DNA of 64,000 bases, from the NCBI GenBank assembly GCA_026770705.1, contig JANJGN010000024.1, forward strand, positions 20,026,001 to 20,090,000, in the 5' to 3' direction. The position numbers and the translations under genes are program-made. This DNA comes from Isurus oxyrinchus (lineage: Eukaryota). Shown piece after piece: positions 52,853-64,000 of this stretch. Each line of letters opens with the position of its first letter. Positions within the stretch are counted from its first letter, which is position 1. Below the pieces are notes generated by a model. It saw nothing but the letters and a program-made list of their open reading frames with translations. It was not told the DNA's origin and did not search any database.

Positions 52853-52995
52853 CTGACATGCATCCACTTTGCCAGCCAGGTAACCCGCACACAGCATACG
52901 GTCAGTGATCTGCCCATTGTAATACTGTCTCCTGTTGCAAACGTTCCGTTCAATTACCGACACATTAGCCTGTTGAAGTACGGTTGACACTTTAC
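52853..52995 (-). CDS. TMPRSS4: TMPRSS4 protease exon (LQQANV...MLCAGYLAGKVDACQ)
   Basis: aacag| acceptor and |gtatgg donor, 143 nt. Contains the S1-pocket Asp (DACQ), indicating trypsin-like specificity. Confidence 0.96.
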
Positions 52996-53371
52996 CTGTT
53001 ATGTATATAAAAAAAAAATGGAAAAAAAGATCAGAACAGGAGATTGCCATCAGTTAACAAAAACCCACACTGACAATTCGGTGCAGTACTGAGAGAGTTC
53101 CACACTGTCGGGGTGCCATCTGTCAGATGTGATGTTAAACCGACACCCTTTATGTCCATCTGAGAGGGCAGATAAGATCCAACAGCACCATTCTGAAAAA
53201 CAGGCATGTTTTCCCCAGCCTCCTGGTCAATATTTATCCCACAATCAATATCACCGAAAAAAAATCTGCTCATTTTCACATTGCTGTTTGTGGAACTTGT
53301 AAATTGGCTGCTGTGTTTCCTACATTGCACAGTGACTACAACAAGCATTTCAAAATGATCTGTGCTCCTCC

Positions 53372-55691
53372 ATAGAAACTAGGAGCAGGAGTAGGCTATT
53401 CAGCCCTTCGAGCCTGCTCCCCCATTCATTATGATCATGGCTGATCATCCAACTCAATAGCCTGCTCCCTCTTTCTCCTCATATCCTTTGATCCCTTTCG
53501 CCCCAAGAGTTATATCTAACTCCTTCTTGAAAGCATACAATGTTTCTCAGCTACTTTCTGTGGTAACGAATTCTACAGGCTCACCACTCTCTGGGTGAAG
53601 AAATTTCTCCTCATCTCAGTCCTAAATGGTCTATCCCGTATTCTCAGACTGTGACCCCTGGTTCTGGACTCCCCCACCATCGGGAACATCCTTCCTGCAT
53701 CTACCCTGTCTAGTCCTGTTAGAATTTTATAGCTTTCTATGAGATCCCCCCTCATTCTTCTGAACTCCAGCAAATATAATCCTAATCAACTCAATCTCTC
53801 CTCATATGTCAGTCCCGCCATCCCAGGAATCAGTCTGGTAAACCTTCGCTGCACTCCCTCTTTGGCAAGTACATCCTTCCTCAGATAAGGAGACCAAAAC
53901 TGCACACAATATTCCAGGCGTGGTCTCACCAAGGCCCTGTACAATTGCAGCAAGACATCCCTGTTCCTGTACTCGAATCCTCTGGCTATGAAGGCCAACA
54001 TACCATTTGCCTTCTTTACCGCCTGCTGCACCTGCATGCTTACCTTCAGCGACTGGTGTCCAAGGACACCCAGGTCTCATTGCACATTCCCCTCTCTCAA
54101 TTTATAACCATTCAGATAATAATCTGCCTTCCTGTTTTTGCTACCAAATCAGATAACCTCACATTTATCCACACTATACTGCATTTGCCATGCATTTGCC
54201 CACTCACTCAGCTTGTCCAAATCACACTGAAGCATCTCTGCATCCTCCTCACAGCTCACCCTCCCACCCAACTTTGTGTCATCTGCAAATTTGGAGATAT
54301 TACATTTAATTCTCTCATCTAAATCATTCATATTTATTGTGAATAACTGGGGTCCCAGCACCAATCCCTGCGGTACCCCCACTAGTCACTGCTTGCCATT
54401 CGGAAAAAGACCCGTTTATTCCTACTCTTTGTTTCCTGTCGGCCAACTGGTTTTCTATCCATCTCAATACATTAGCCCCAATCCTATGCACTTTAATTTT
54501 ACATGCCAATCTTTTATGTGGGATTTTGTCAAAAGCCTTCTGAAAGTCCAAATAAACCACATTCACTGGCTCCCCCTCATCAACTCTACTAATTACATCT
54601 TCGAAAAATTCCAGTAGATTTGTCAAGCATGATTTCCCTTTCATAAATCCATGTTGACTCTACCCAATTCTGCCACTGTTTTCCACATGCTCAGCTATTA
54701 AATCTTTTATAATGGACTCTAGAATTTTCCCCACTACCGATGTCAGGCTGACTGGTCTATAATTCCCTGTTTTCTCTCTGCTTCCCTTTTTAAATAGTGG
54801 GGTTACATTAAGTACCCTCCAATCTGTAGGACCTGTTCCAGAGTCTATAGAATCTTGGAAGGTGACCAGCAATGCATCCACTATTTCTAGGGCCACTTCC
54901 TTAAGTACTCTGGGATGTAGATTATTAGGCCCTGGGGATTTATCAGCCTTCAAGCCCATCAATTTCCCCAACACCATTTTCCTACTAATACTGATTTCTT
55001 TCAGTTCCTCCCTGTCACTAAACCCTGTTTACAGTTCTGGTATGTTACTTGTGTCCTCCTTTGTGAAGACAGAACCAAAGTATATATTTAGTTGGTCAGC
55101 CATTTCTTTGTTCCCCATTATAAATGTCCCTGTTTCTGACTGTAAGGGACCTACTTTTGTCTTCACCAATCTTCTTCTCTTCACCTACCTATAGAAACAT
55201 TTAGTCAGTTTTTATGTTCCCTGCAAGCTTACTCTAGTATTCTATTTTCCCCTTCTTAATCAATCCCTTGGTCCTCCTTTGCTGAATTCTAAACTGCTCC
55301 CAATCCTCAGGTCTGTTGTTTTTTTTCTGGCCAATTTGTATGCCTCTTCCTTGCATCTAATACTATCTCTAATTTCCCTTGTAAGCCATGGTTTGGCCAC
55401 CTTTCCTGTTTTACTTTTGTGCCAGACAGAAATAAATAATTGTTGCAGTTCACCCAAGCGCTTTTTGAATGTTTGCCTATCCACCGTCATCCCTTTAAGT
55501 AACGTTTCCCAATCCATCATAGCCAACTCGCGCCTCATACCATCGTAATTTGCTTTAAGATTCAGGACCTAAATCTCAGAATCAACTATGTCACTCTCCA
55601 TCTTGATGAAGAATTCTATCATTTTATGGTCGCTCATCCCCAAGGGCCTCACACAACTAGATTGCCAATTATTCCTTTCTCATTACACAAT
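53372..55691 (-). mobile_element. 5'-truncated CR1 LINE, ~2.3 kb, relatively young, in a TMPRSS4 intron
   Basis: RT motifs across frameshifted ORFs (NYRPVSLTSVVGK, GKSCLTNLLEFF, YLDFQKAFDK, GVPQG..LGP.LF, FADDTK) and a 3' ttctatg tail. It splits an L2 fragment (gatctgtgctcctcc | aactcaggtctc). Confidence 0.93.
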
Positions 55692-56308
55692 ACCAACTCA
55701 GGTCTCTGTGTAACACTGATTTCCTTCATCCCACCATTCAGCTGCCTCATTCAAAAGGCCAGAATTCTTTTCCTAAACCCCTCACTCTCTCCTCCTTTAA
55801 GATGCTTCTTAAAACCTACTTCCTTGGCCAACCTCCCCTTATAATGTTGCGGTGTCAAATTTTGTCTGAAAACAAGCTTGCGAAATGCCTTGGGACATAT
55901 TCCTAAGTTAAAGGCACTATATAAATGCAAGTTGTTGTTGTGCTTCCAAGCAGCCAATGGCCAGTGTTTAGGGGCGGGTGCTCATGTGACAAACCTTCCA
56001 GCATTTGGCCGACCAGAATTGGCAACCCCACCATTTAGAAAAACCTGTCCTTCATAATTATTCTAGTTGGCAAATAAACCCCAAATTGAAATGCCCAAAA
56101 TCTGTTAAGTGTGACCAACTGGAGATTCCTGAGAAGTTATCAGTTAATGAGAGTTTAAAACTTTACTGCCACAGCTCCCCAAGACCAAATACTGCCCACA
56201 AGGACACAAAGCTCAGTACCCCTGGAGCAGAGCCTGGAGAAACCCCTCTTTTTCAACCATCTTTGAATAGATGATCTCACATCTAATAGTAACCACTGCG
56301 ATACTTAC

Positions 56309-56404
56309 CATATTCTTTTCTGTAGCCCCAGCCAGTGACCCACGCCAAGATGTTCTTTCGAATTGGAGAGTCGTAGTTGGGTAAACAAACAGGACGGATA
56401 TAAT
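56309..56404 (-). CDS. TMPRSS4: TMPRSS4 protease exon (DYIRPVCLPNYDSPIRKNILAWVTGWGYRKEYG)
   Basis: RPVCLP and WVTGWG trypsin-fold motifs, AAG acceptor, gtaagt donor, 96 nt. Confidence 0.94.
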
Positions 56405-57125
56405 CTTGACCAAAAAAATGAGAGAAGAGTTATTCAATAGGAAAGATCAAGCTCATAGCAAGATAAATGATTGTAGGCTCAGGGGCACCATCTTATCTTA
56501 GACAGAAGCAGTGTGATCTGGGTCAGATAGAAACAGAAAAATCAGCCTTATTTTTAAAAAAAAATAAATTCTCAGGATGTGAATGTCACTGACAAGGTTA
56601 GCATCTATTGTCCAACTGTAATTATCCCTGAGCAAGTGGTGGTGAGCTGCCTACAACTGAGTGGCTTCCTAGCCCATTTTAGAGGGCAGTTAAAGTCTGC
56701 CACATTGTGGCGGCTCTGGAGTCACATGAAGGCCAAAGCGGGTAAAGATGGCAGATCTCCATCCCTGAAGGACATGATGAGATTAGCATCCAGTGGTGGG
56801 ATTTGAACGTGTGTCTCCAGAGCATTAGTCTAGGCTGGATTGCCAGTCAAGTAGCATTATCACTGTTATGTACGCCAGTCTAATAAAACCAATATCTAAA
56901 TGACCAAGAGAGTGTATAAGGCTTTTCGGGGAAATTGAGAAACTCTCTCCTTTCCTGAGTCATTGTCCCATATGTAGGGTAAGTTTGCTTCATTAGCAGG
57001 TATCCTGTTCCCCGTCCCAGCCAGTACAGGATGGGCCGAGATTGCTCCTCCAGCCTGTGTTAATCTCAGCCAGGTTGGTAGTAGCAAGTGGCACGTCAAT
57101 ATAACTGTGCCCTAATGAGTATCAA

Positions 57126-57400
57126 TACGTGTGGAATCCGTATCCCAGTGAGAGTCAGTGCGTGTTGGGCCCGTACCCCAGTGAGAGTCAGTGCGTGTGG
57201 AGCCCGTACCCCGGTGAGAGTCAGTGCGCGTGGAGCCCATACCCCAGTGAGAGTCAGTGCGTGTGGAGCCTGTACCCCAGTGAGAGTCAGTGTGTGTGGA
57301 GCCCGTACCCCGGTGAGAGTCAATGCGTGTGGAGCCCGTAACCCAGTGAGAGTCAGTGCGTGTGGAGCCCGTACCCCAGTGAGAGTCAGTGCCAGAGTCA
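57126..57400 (+). repeat. 33-bp minisatellite (ccagtgagagtcagtgcgtgtggagcccgtacc), ~8 units
   Basis: Direct repeats that explain the 11-aa-periodic spurious ORFs on both strands. Confidence 0.95.
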
Positions 57401-57569
57401 GAGAGGGATAAACCTTCAGGACAGCAAGGGAGAATTTTGCAGAAAGCTGCACTGAGGCAACTGTTTTTAGTGGAGAAGATTTCACCAGGGAGGGCTTATC
57501 AGCTAGTTAAAATTCAAATGCAGTTCATAAGTTAACAGTGCTCACTTTTGTACTCAGGCTGGGCCTTAC

Positions 57570-57739
57570 CTGTGAAAGGTAAAGGTGATCTCACTTTAAT
57601 GAGTGCAATGTCATAGTCACTGCTCTGTGGGTCGTAGTTTGTATTTGTGACAATTTTCACAATAGAAAAGCTTCTTCCTCCAGAGTAGAGTGTCTCACTC
57701 CCAGCAAACACCCTCCAGCTTGCAATCTGATGATACTCC
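57570..57739 (-). CDS. TMPRSS4: TMPRSS4 catalytic Asp exon
   Basis: tttattccag| acceptor and |gtaagg donor, 170 nt. Encodes WRVFAGSETL...DPQSSDYDIALIKVRSPLPFT. Confidence 0.95.
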
Positions 57740-58045
57740 CTGGAATAAACAACTCCAATTAGTAAATGGTCCCAAAAAGTAAAACAGTTTAAATAGTTAT
57801 TTTGACATTGGGACTGATGAGACAGTGTAGAGGGAGCTTTACTCTGTATCTAACCCCGTGCTGTACCTGCCCTGGGAGTGTTTGATGGGGACAGCACGAA
57901 CAGAATGATTGATGGGATATGGGGGTGGAATGGAGCAACAGTCAATCAATTGGGAGGCAAGGTGGGATGTTGGGGTGGGTTGGTGGTGGGTATGGTGGAA
58001 GAAGCAGAGTGATGGGGACGGAGAGCATAATTGTTTAGGCACTTA

Positions 58046-58273
<228 letters not shown>

Positions 58274-58484
58274 TCAGGATTATCTAAAAATCCAAACTAA
58301 TCATTGGAACATCAGAATGCGTAGGAGCAGAAAGAACCTTGTCCAGCTGCCCTTTCTTCCTTTATTGATTAATACGAGAGAAAGCAGAAACATAGCCAAT
58401 TGTCTTTTGCTCAAGTTCATTTATTTTCCTGAAAACGGATCCGACAGCATTTATCAGGTTTCGAAGAGGCACCATTACCTCATT

Positions 58485-59120
58485 TGGTCCAGTCATATAA
58501 ATACTGTGGCTACAAGAGCAGGTCAGAGGCTGAGAATTCGGCAGAGAGCAACTCACCTCCTGACTCCCCAAAGCCTGTCCACCATCTACAAGGCACAAGT
58601 CAAGAATGTGATGGAATATTCTCCACTTGCCTGGATGAGTGCAGCTCCAACAACACTCAAGAGGCCTGACACCATCCAGGTCTAAGCCGCCCGCTTGATT
58701 GGCATCCCATCCACCACCTTAAACATTCACTCCCTCCACCACCAATACACAGTGGCAGCAGTATGTAACTTCTACAAGATGCACTGCAACAACTCACCAT
58801 GGCTCCTTTAACAGCACCTTCCAAACCCACGACCTCTACCACCTAGAAAAGCAAGGACGGCAGGCGCATGGGAACACCACCATCTCCAAGCTGTTGTCTA
58901 AGTCACAAACTATCCTAGCTTGGAAATATCTGGCTGCTCCTTTATCAGCACTGGGTCAAAAACCTGTTAACTTGCTAGCTAACAGCACTGTGGGTGTACT
59001 TTCACCACACAGACTGCAGTGGTTCAAGGTGGCAGTGCACCACAACCTTCTCAAGGGCAAATATGGATGGGCAATGGCCAGCCTACCATGACATCAGCAT
59101 CTTGCGAATGAAAATACAAA
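58485..59120 (+). mobile_element. Second LINE subfamily 3' fragment (other copies 13990-14300 minus, 36280-36455 plus)
   Basis: WSSHINTVATRAGQRL...LSTIYKAQVKNVMEYSPLAW RT-thumb region. 3' end aagggcaa..ggatgggcaa..gccagc..cacatc. Confidence 0.75.
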
Positions 59121-59583
59121 AATAAAACACAGAAGGGGATGAAGTGAGTCATACCAAAACTGTTATTGTAGCTCAATGAGTGCACGAAACTTTATAAAGA
59201 AACATTTGTCAGAAAATGATGGTGAGTGTGGCATTAAATGTACTGAAGAAGCCAAGTTAAGGCCAGTGACAAAATAATGATGGTTAGACAGAACCCCAGC
59301 AACTAAAACAACAATAAATGAACATCCAAGAAGTCCACTGTCTGGGTCTGTTGACTCGTTGATAAGAGATCAATCACCGTGTTTCATCAATAACTCCATC
59401 ATTGCATCTTGCCTCTACCAGGTTGGTAGAAGGAGGAGAGCAAGAGGGACTTGTCTTTCTAAGTCTTACAAATTCCTATCTTCCTACCCTACTTTCCACT
59501 AGAAAACTGTTCAGTAACTTTACCAAATACACAGACTCTGAAGAATTCAAATTGAAAAATGTTAAAGGAATATATGAACTTAC

Positions 59584-59624
59584 GCGCACAGACCAAAGAG
59601 ACAATCTTATCGGAGTAGCAAATC
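59584..59624 (-). CDS. TMPRSS4: TMPRSS4 41-nt exon (ICYSDKIVSLVCA)
   Basis: tttttgttcag| acceptor and |gtaagt donor. Matches human PCLSGSLVSLHCL, and its phases fit both neighbouring exons. Confidence 0.88.
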
Positions 59625-61396
59625 CTGAACAAAAAGTAAAAGGAAACAACGGTTCAGGGGCCAGTTTATTTTGCAGCTAAGCCTTAACTTTATGTAAGAT
59701 TTAATTTCGTCTCCCGGTGTTAGGATGATGACAGAGCGCCAGGGAGAAATAATAAAATGCTGCAATGATACAGACAGTTAATTGAGAAAGCTTAGAGCAA
59801 CATTCCTGATTTTAGATTGCAAGTTATTTAATATCTGGAGCATTCTTTGGATAAGTTCTTGTGATCTCATGCCAGCAACCACAAAAACTCTGGCCATGTG
59901 TTTGATATAGCCCGGATTTCTGTTTAAAATCATGAAGGATTTTGATAGCGTGGATAAAGAGAAACTGTTTCTGGTGTCTGAAGACCAATATCCAGAGGGC
60001 ACAGATTTAGTGATTGGCAAAAGAACCAGTGGCGATGAGTAAAAGCTTCTTAAATGAAATACATGGTTAGTGTTTGGAATGGATAAAGCAATGGGAGCTG
60101 ATTCTATAATAACTTTCAAAAGGGAATTGTATGAATACTTGAAGGAGAAAAATTGCAGGGATATGGGGAAGGGCAGGGAAATGGGATTAACTGGATTGCT
60201 CTTCAAAAGTGCTGGCAAAGACCCGATGGGCTGTGTTGTGCTATTCTACAATCCTGGGATGAAACCACCCAAAATCCCATATAAATTCATCTGGGACAAT
60301 CTCAAAATTCAAACGCGACGTGATCCAATTGTCCAAAATGAGAACAAATCCAAAAAAATAAATGAATAAATCCTCCATGATTTTAAACACAAATCCAGGC
60401 TTATATCAAACACAAAGCAAATTTCTTCAAGGGAGCAGGATGTTTGCTGTGAGGAGTGTCATACTGGTGCAGTAAGGGCTGTCTTTCTGAGATTGGGGAT
60501 TGGATTAGGAATTGCAACTCTCCAGTGCTCAAGAATTAGAGATTAATCTCCTGAACGTTGCTACAAGCAAAACCAGCAAAGTCGTCACAGGAATATTTAA
60601 AAATATTATGTGAAATTTTCTTTTTCATCATCTTTAAATGCTTTCATTAATTATAACTGAGCACATTCAAGAAAGAAATTGATAAATTTTTGGATATTAG
60701 GGGCATCAAGGGGTATGGACAGAAAGCGAGATTATGGCGTTGAGATAGAGGATCAGCCGTGATCATATTGAATAGCAGAGCAGGCTCGAAGGGCCAAATG
60801 GCCTACTCCCAGTTTCTATGTTTTTATGAAAATATTGGAGATGGGATAAAAGGTTTGTTGGGCTGAAAGTTAAGTATTATCTAATCAGATGATTGGTAAT
60901 AAGAGCTTTCCAGTTAGCATAGGAAGGCATGGCCTCAAAAAGAATGAGAATCAGGCAGGTTCAATAAAAGGAAGCCAATCTCCTCCCTCAGATCAAGGAA
61001 CAAACTACTCCACTTGGCCTCCACGCAATTATTCAAAGTACCTCATACCCATCAGAATATGTTTACAATGCTTAGTCCAGGTCTGAATTGTAAATGGCTT
61101 GTTCCCAGAATTTACAGGAGGTTCACAAGTAAAGATGTGAACCTCCACTAGGGCCCCATTCCCAAAACCAGATTTCTTAATCTCTGAAACATAGAGGCAA
61201 ATTCCATTTGCAAATCAGAATCTAACCTACCTCAACAAAAAATCCCATCTACTCCCATAACCAGCGCCAAACCTTGCCCTGCTTTAAGACACAAGTGAAC
61301 CCCATCACCAAGGATTGATAAGCCTACTCATCATCACCTCTGCTACACGTCAGTTCATTGAGCAATATAGAATTACAGTAACCAGATTCTACTCAC

Positions 61397-61498
61397 CCTT
61401 CGGTTAACGCATCTTGAACGGAAGTAGGGTTGGTGACTTTGTCGATTATCTTGTGCGAGGGCCAAAGATTAAGTTCCACGGGACTACCTACAGGATGG
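61397..61498 (-). CDS. TMPRSS4: TMPRSS4 SRCR exon b
   Basis: ctctgcag| acceptor and |gtgagt donor, 102 nt, phase 2 to 2, stop-free (HPVGSPVELNLWPSHKIIDKVTNPTSVQDALTEG). Confidence 0.8.
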
Positions 61499-62846
61499 CT
61501 GCAGAGCAATAACACTGGTTAAATAAACCCTTCCAAGTATAGTCAGTGTGCCATAGCCACTATAGCATTGTTTGCAGAAGCTGCCTGTCATGTTTTTACA
61601 ATCCAGGATCCAACTGATGTCGTTTAACAAAGTTACAGATGCGTGGATGCCAACACTACGAACTCAGGAACAGTGTGACATGCTGCTTGAGGCTGCTCTT
61701 TGCAGATCTATGTTGCAGCTTGGTGTAGCGAGGGTGGGTGAGTGGGGGGAAAAGGAGGTGGCGGGTGGAAAGTTTGGGGACCCAATTTGCATCTCCCCAT
61801 TGCTCAGCTTCTGCAGTCTTTCCTCCTAACTCAGTTTTCTAATGCCAGTTCCCTGTGTACAGTCACCTTTTACTGCCTTCTCTCCAATGCCTGGGGATCT
61901 ACGGTGCCAAGTGCTGTACCCAGTAGTCCAAGAGAAGTTGAACCAGCATTCTGTACAAACTCTATCATCCCCTTTCTCAAGTTATAGAGCCCCAAGATCC
62001 TACATGTTCCCGTAACTGCTGTCATGCACTGTGCCAAAGTCTTCATTGATCTATCCACCAGGTTCCTCAGCCCCCACTCCAGAGCCTTGACGACGACGAC
62101 GATGACATCATCATCATTTATTCTACAACATGACTATCTACATTAAACATGTCGCTTGTCAACTCTAATTTACCCTGGTCTTTCTGTATTCAATCAGATT
62201 GTCCCTGGTATGCAGCACCTCCCAGGTTGGCTTCACTTGAAAGGGGTATGTAACAGCTGGGTTCAGTCTGCCTGTTTAAGTGAATGTTAACGATTGAGAT
62301 CTTCTAGTGCCCTTCAGCACCACTAGACAAAAATCTCAACTGCTCACCCATCTTGTTATGGGACCATGCTGCACACAAAATGTCCACTGGATTTGAGGTG
62401 CTTTTAGATGCACCAAGACAAAGCACTGTATAAGTGCAAAGCTTTCCTCCAGCCTTGGCTATATTGACTCCAACTTGTGGCCCAATCAATAAAATGTAGG
62501 GTAAGTGGAGGAGAAAAGAGCGAGAAAGACTAATATAGCTCCATTCATGACCTCAGGATGTCCAAGTGCTTTAGAGTCAATAAAATATTTTAAATTTCAG
62601 TCAAAGTCATGATGTTTGTGCACAGCATGACCACACAAAAGCAACAAGTTAAATTAGAAGATTAAGTGATGTCAGTTGAGGGATAAATTTTGGGCCAGGA
62701 CATCAAGGGTTAAGCCCCCCACTCTTCTTCAAAATAAAAGCTGTGGGATCTTTTATATCTGCCTCAGAGATCAAGTGGGAGCTCGGTTTAATGTCTCACC
62801 CGAAAGGCATTGAGAGAGAAGCAGATTTGAAGATTCTTTACTGTAC

Positions 62847-62976
62847 CTGGAGTAACCTAGCTGGTTGCATGCTAGTTCTGCAAGTTTAGGTCTCCAGCTG
62901 TCGTAACACACGCTCTTCCAATTGTGGGTTTTTGAATCTTTCACTTGTAGAATGGAGTTGAGTCCATATACACGCA
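62847..62976 (-). CDS. TMPRSS4: TMPRSS4 SRCR exon a
   Basis: ccctttcag| acceptor and |gtacag donor, 130 nt. Encodes VRVYGLNSILQVKDSKTHNWKSVCYDSWRPKLAELACNQLGYS. Confidence 0.93.
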
Positions 62977-63060
62977 CTGAAAGGGAAGGTAACAGGCTGT
63001 CACTGTCCCATTGGATGAAGGATAACATTAAAAGCACATAGAAGATGACTGTTTGCTTAC

Positions 63061-63213
63061 CTGGGAATTGCCCTCGGAACGTGACATTTATCACACACTG
63101 AAGCTCATCTTCACCTTCAGAACAATCCAAGATTCCATTGCACTGCAAATCGCGAGGAATGAACTTAAAGGTTTTTGAACAGAAGTAATAATATGTGTCG
63201 ATGGCAACCTTCA
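63061..63213 (-). CDS. TMPRSS4: TMPRSS4 LDL-receptor class A exon
   Basis: tttgcag| acceptor and |gtaagc donor on minus, 153 nt. Encodes VKVAIDTYYYFCSKTFKFIPRDLQCNGILDCSEGEDELQC, versus human IKVILDKYYFLCGQPLHFIPRKQLCDGELDCPLGEDEEHC. Confidence 0.93.
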
Positions 63214-63329
63214 CTGCAAAGGGAGACAATGGTGCAGGTTAAACATCAGCTGGCTTGTGGCTGCACCAGTATTGGTCCATGGGCAGCTCTGCTTAATGTT
63301 ATCGACTCAGATGAAAATAACAGCCCAGT

Positions 63330-63735
63330 AACTTATTTAAGAAGGAACATAATTGAAATAGAAGCAGTTCAGAGAATATTCACATGACTGATTCCTGGGG
63401 TGAGGGGGTTATCCCATAAGGAAAGGTTGGGCCTGTATCCACTGGAGTTTAGAAGGTTGAGGGGTGATCTTATTGAAACATAAGATTCTGATGGGAGATT
63501 TTTTTTCTCTCAGAAATCGTGAGTCTGTGGAATTCTCTTCCCCAGAGAACAGCAAAGGCTGGGTCATTGAATATTTTTAAGATTGAGTTAGACAGATTCT
63601 TGATTGACAAGAAAGTCAAAGGGTATAGAGGTAGGAAGGAAAGTGGAGTGGAGGCCACAGTCAGATGAGCCATGATCTTATTGAATGGCAGAGCTGGCTC
63701 AAAGGGCCTACTCCTTGCCCCTAATTCATATGTTA
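63330..63735 (+). mobile_element. CR1 3' fragment (others at 48250-48770, 48790-49055(-), 59920-60250, 28465-28730(-), 36755-37040(-))
   Basis: EAVQRIFT..IPG and RGDLIETYKIL motifs, 3' ggcctactcct tail. Confidence 0.75.
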
Positions 63736-64000
63736 GTTAATGATTCGTCACCATGATCCGGCACAATGTGCTTGAATGGGACACTCGGGCCATGGGAGGC
63801 TTTGCAGAAGGAATCCCAGACTGGGAGGTAGCTGAACTCAAGCCCTTGATGACGTCTGATAAAGGAGATGAGAGCAACACCAGAAATCAATTCACTGCCT
63901 TGGACTCAGAGGAGTGGGGGGTGCCTAGCCAGGATTCCTTCTTCCAGTTACTTTCCAGTGCAGGCAAACAGCAACAAGTACAGGATAGGGAATAACTATT

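Noticed and set aside
57088-57485. Repetitive ORFs on both strands (PVRVSACGART / ALTLTGVRAPH), superficially array-like
   Set aside because: They come from a 33-bp minisatellite with no unique spacers, so it is not CRISPR. It is intronic and open only because the unit is a multiple of 3.
62313-62332. TTCAGCACCAC RE1 half-site in a TMPRSS4 intron
   Set aside because: The right half is shifted and poor, and a half-site alone is expected by chance in 64 kb.

Overview
This is repeat-rich vertebrate DNA, most likely from a shark or other elasmobranch, judged from its CR1/L2 LINEs, Deu-domain SINEs and Harbinger elements. It holds two convergent spliced genes, which I reconstructed by hand with consistent GT-AG intron phases. 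The first is a complete SCN4B (sodium channel beta-4) on the + strand, with 5 coding exons spanning 7662-35549 and encoding 234 aa. The second is the 3' ten coding exons of TMPRSS4 on the - strand (63213 down to 48129), covering the LDLRA, SRCR and intact trypsin domains; its 5' exons lie beyond the window. The same tail-to-tail arrangement exists at human 11q23.3. The ~20 kb first intron of SCN4B contains a 5.1 kb decayed but structurally complete two-gene Harbinger transposon inserted into a minisatellite, plus a MITE, two solo LTRs and a decayed hammerhead-ribozyme remnant. I did not find a convincingly new biological system. The best leads are the Harbinger as a possible gene trap, the divergent beta-4 open-channel-block peptide, a stop-free 84-nt TMPRSS4 intron, a segment-swapped CR1/Penelope rearrangement and a head-to-tail stack of retroelement 3' ends. 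Repeat-family names and repeat boundaries come from pattern recognition, not database searches, and are approximate.
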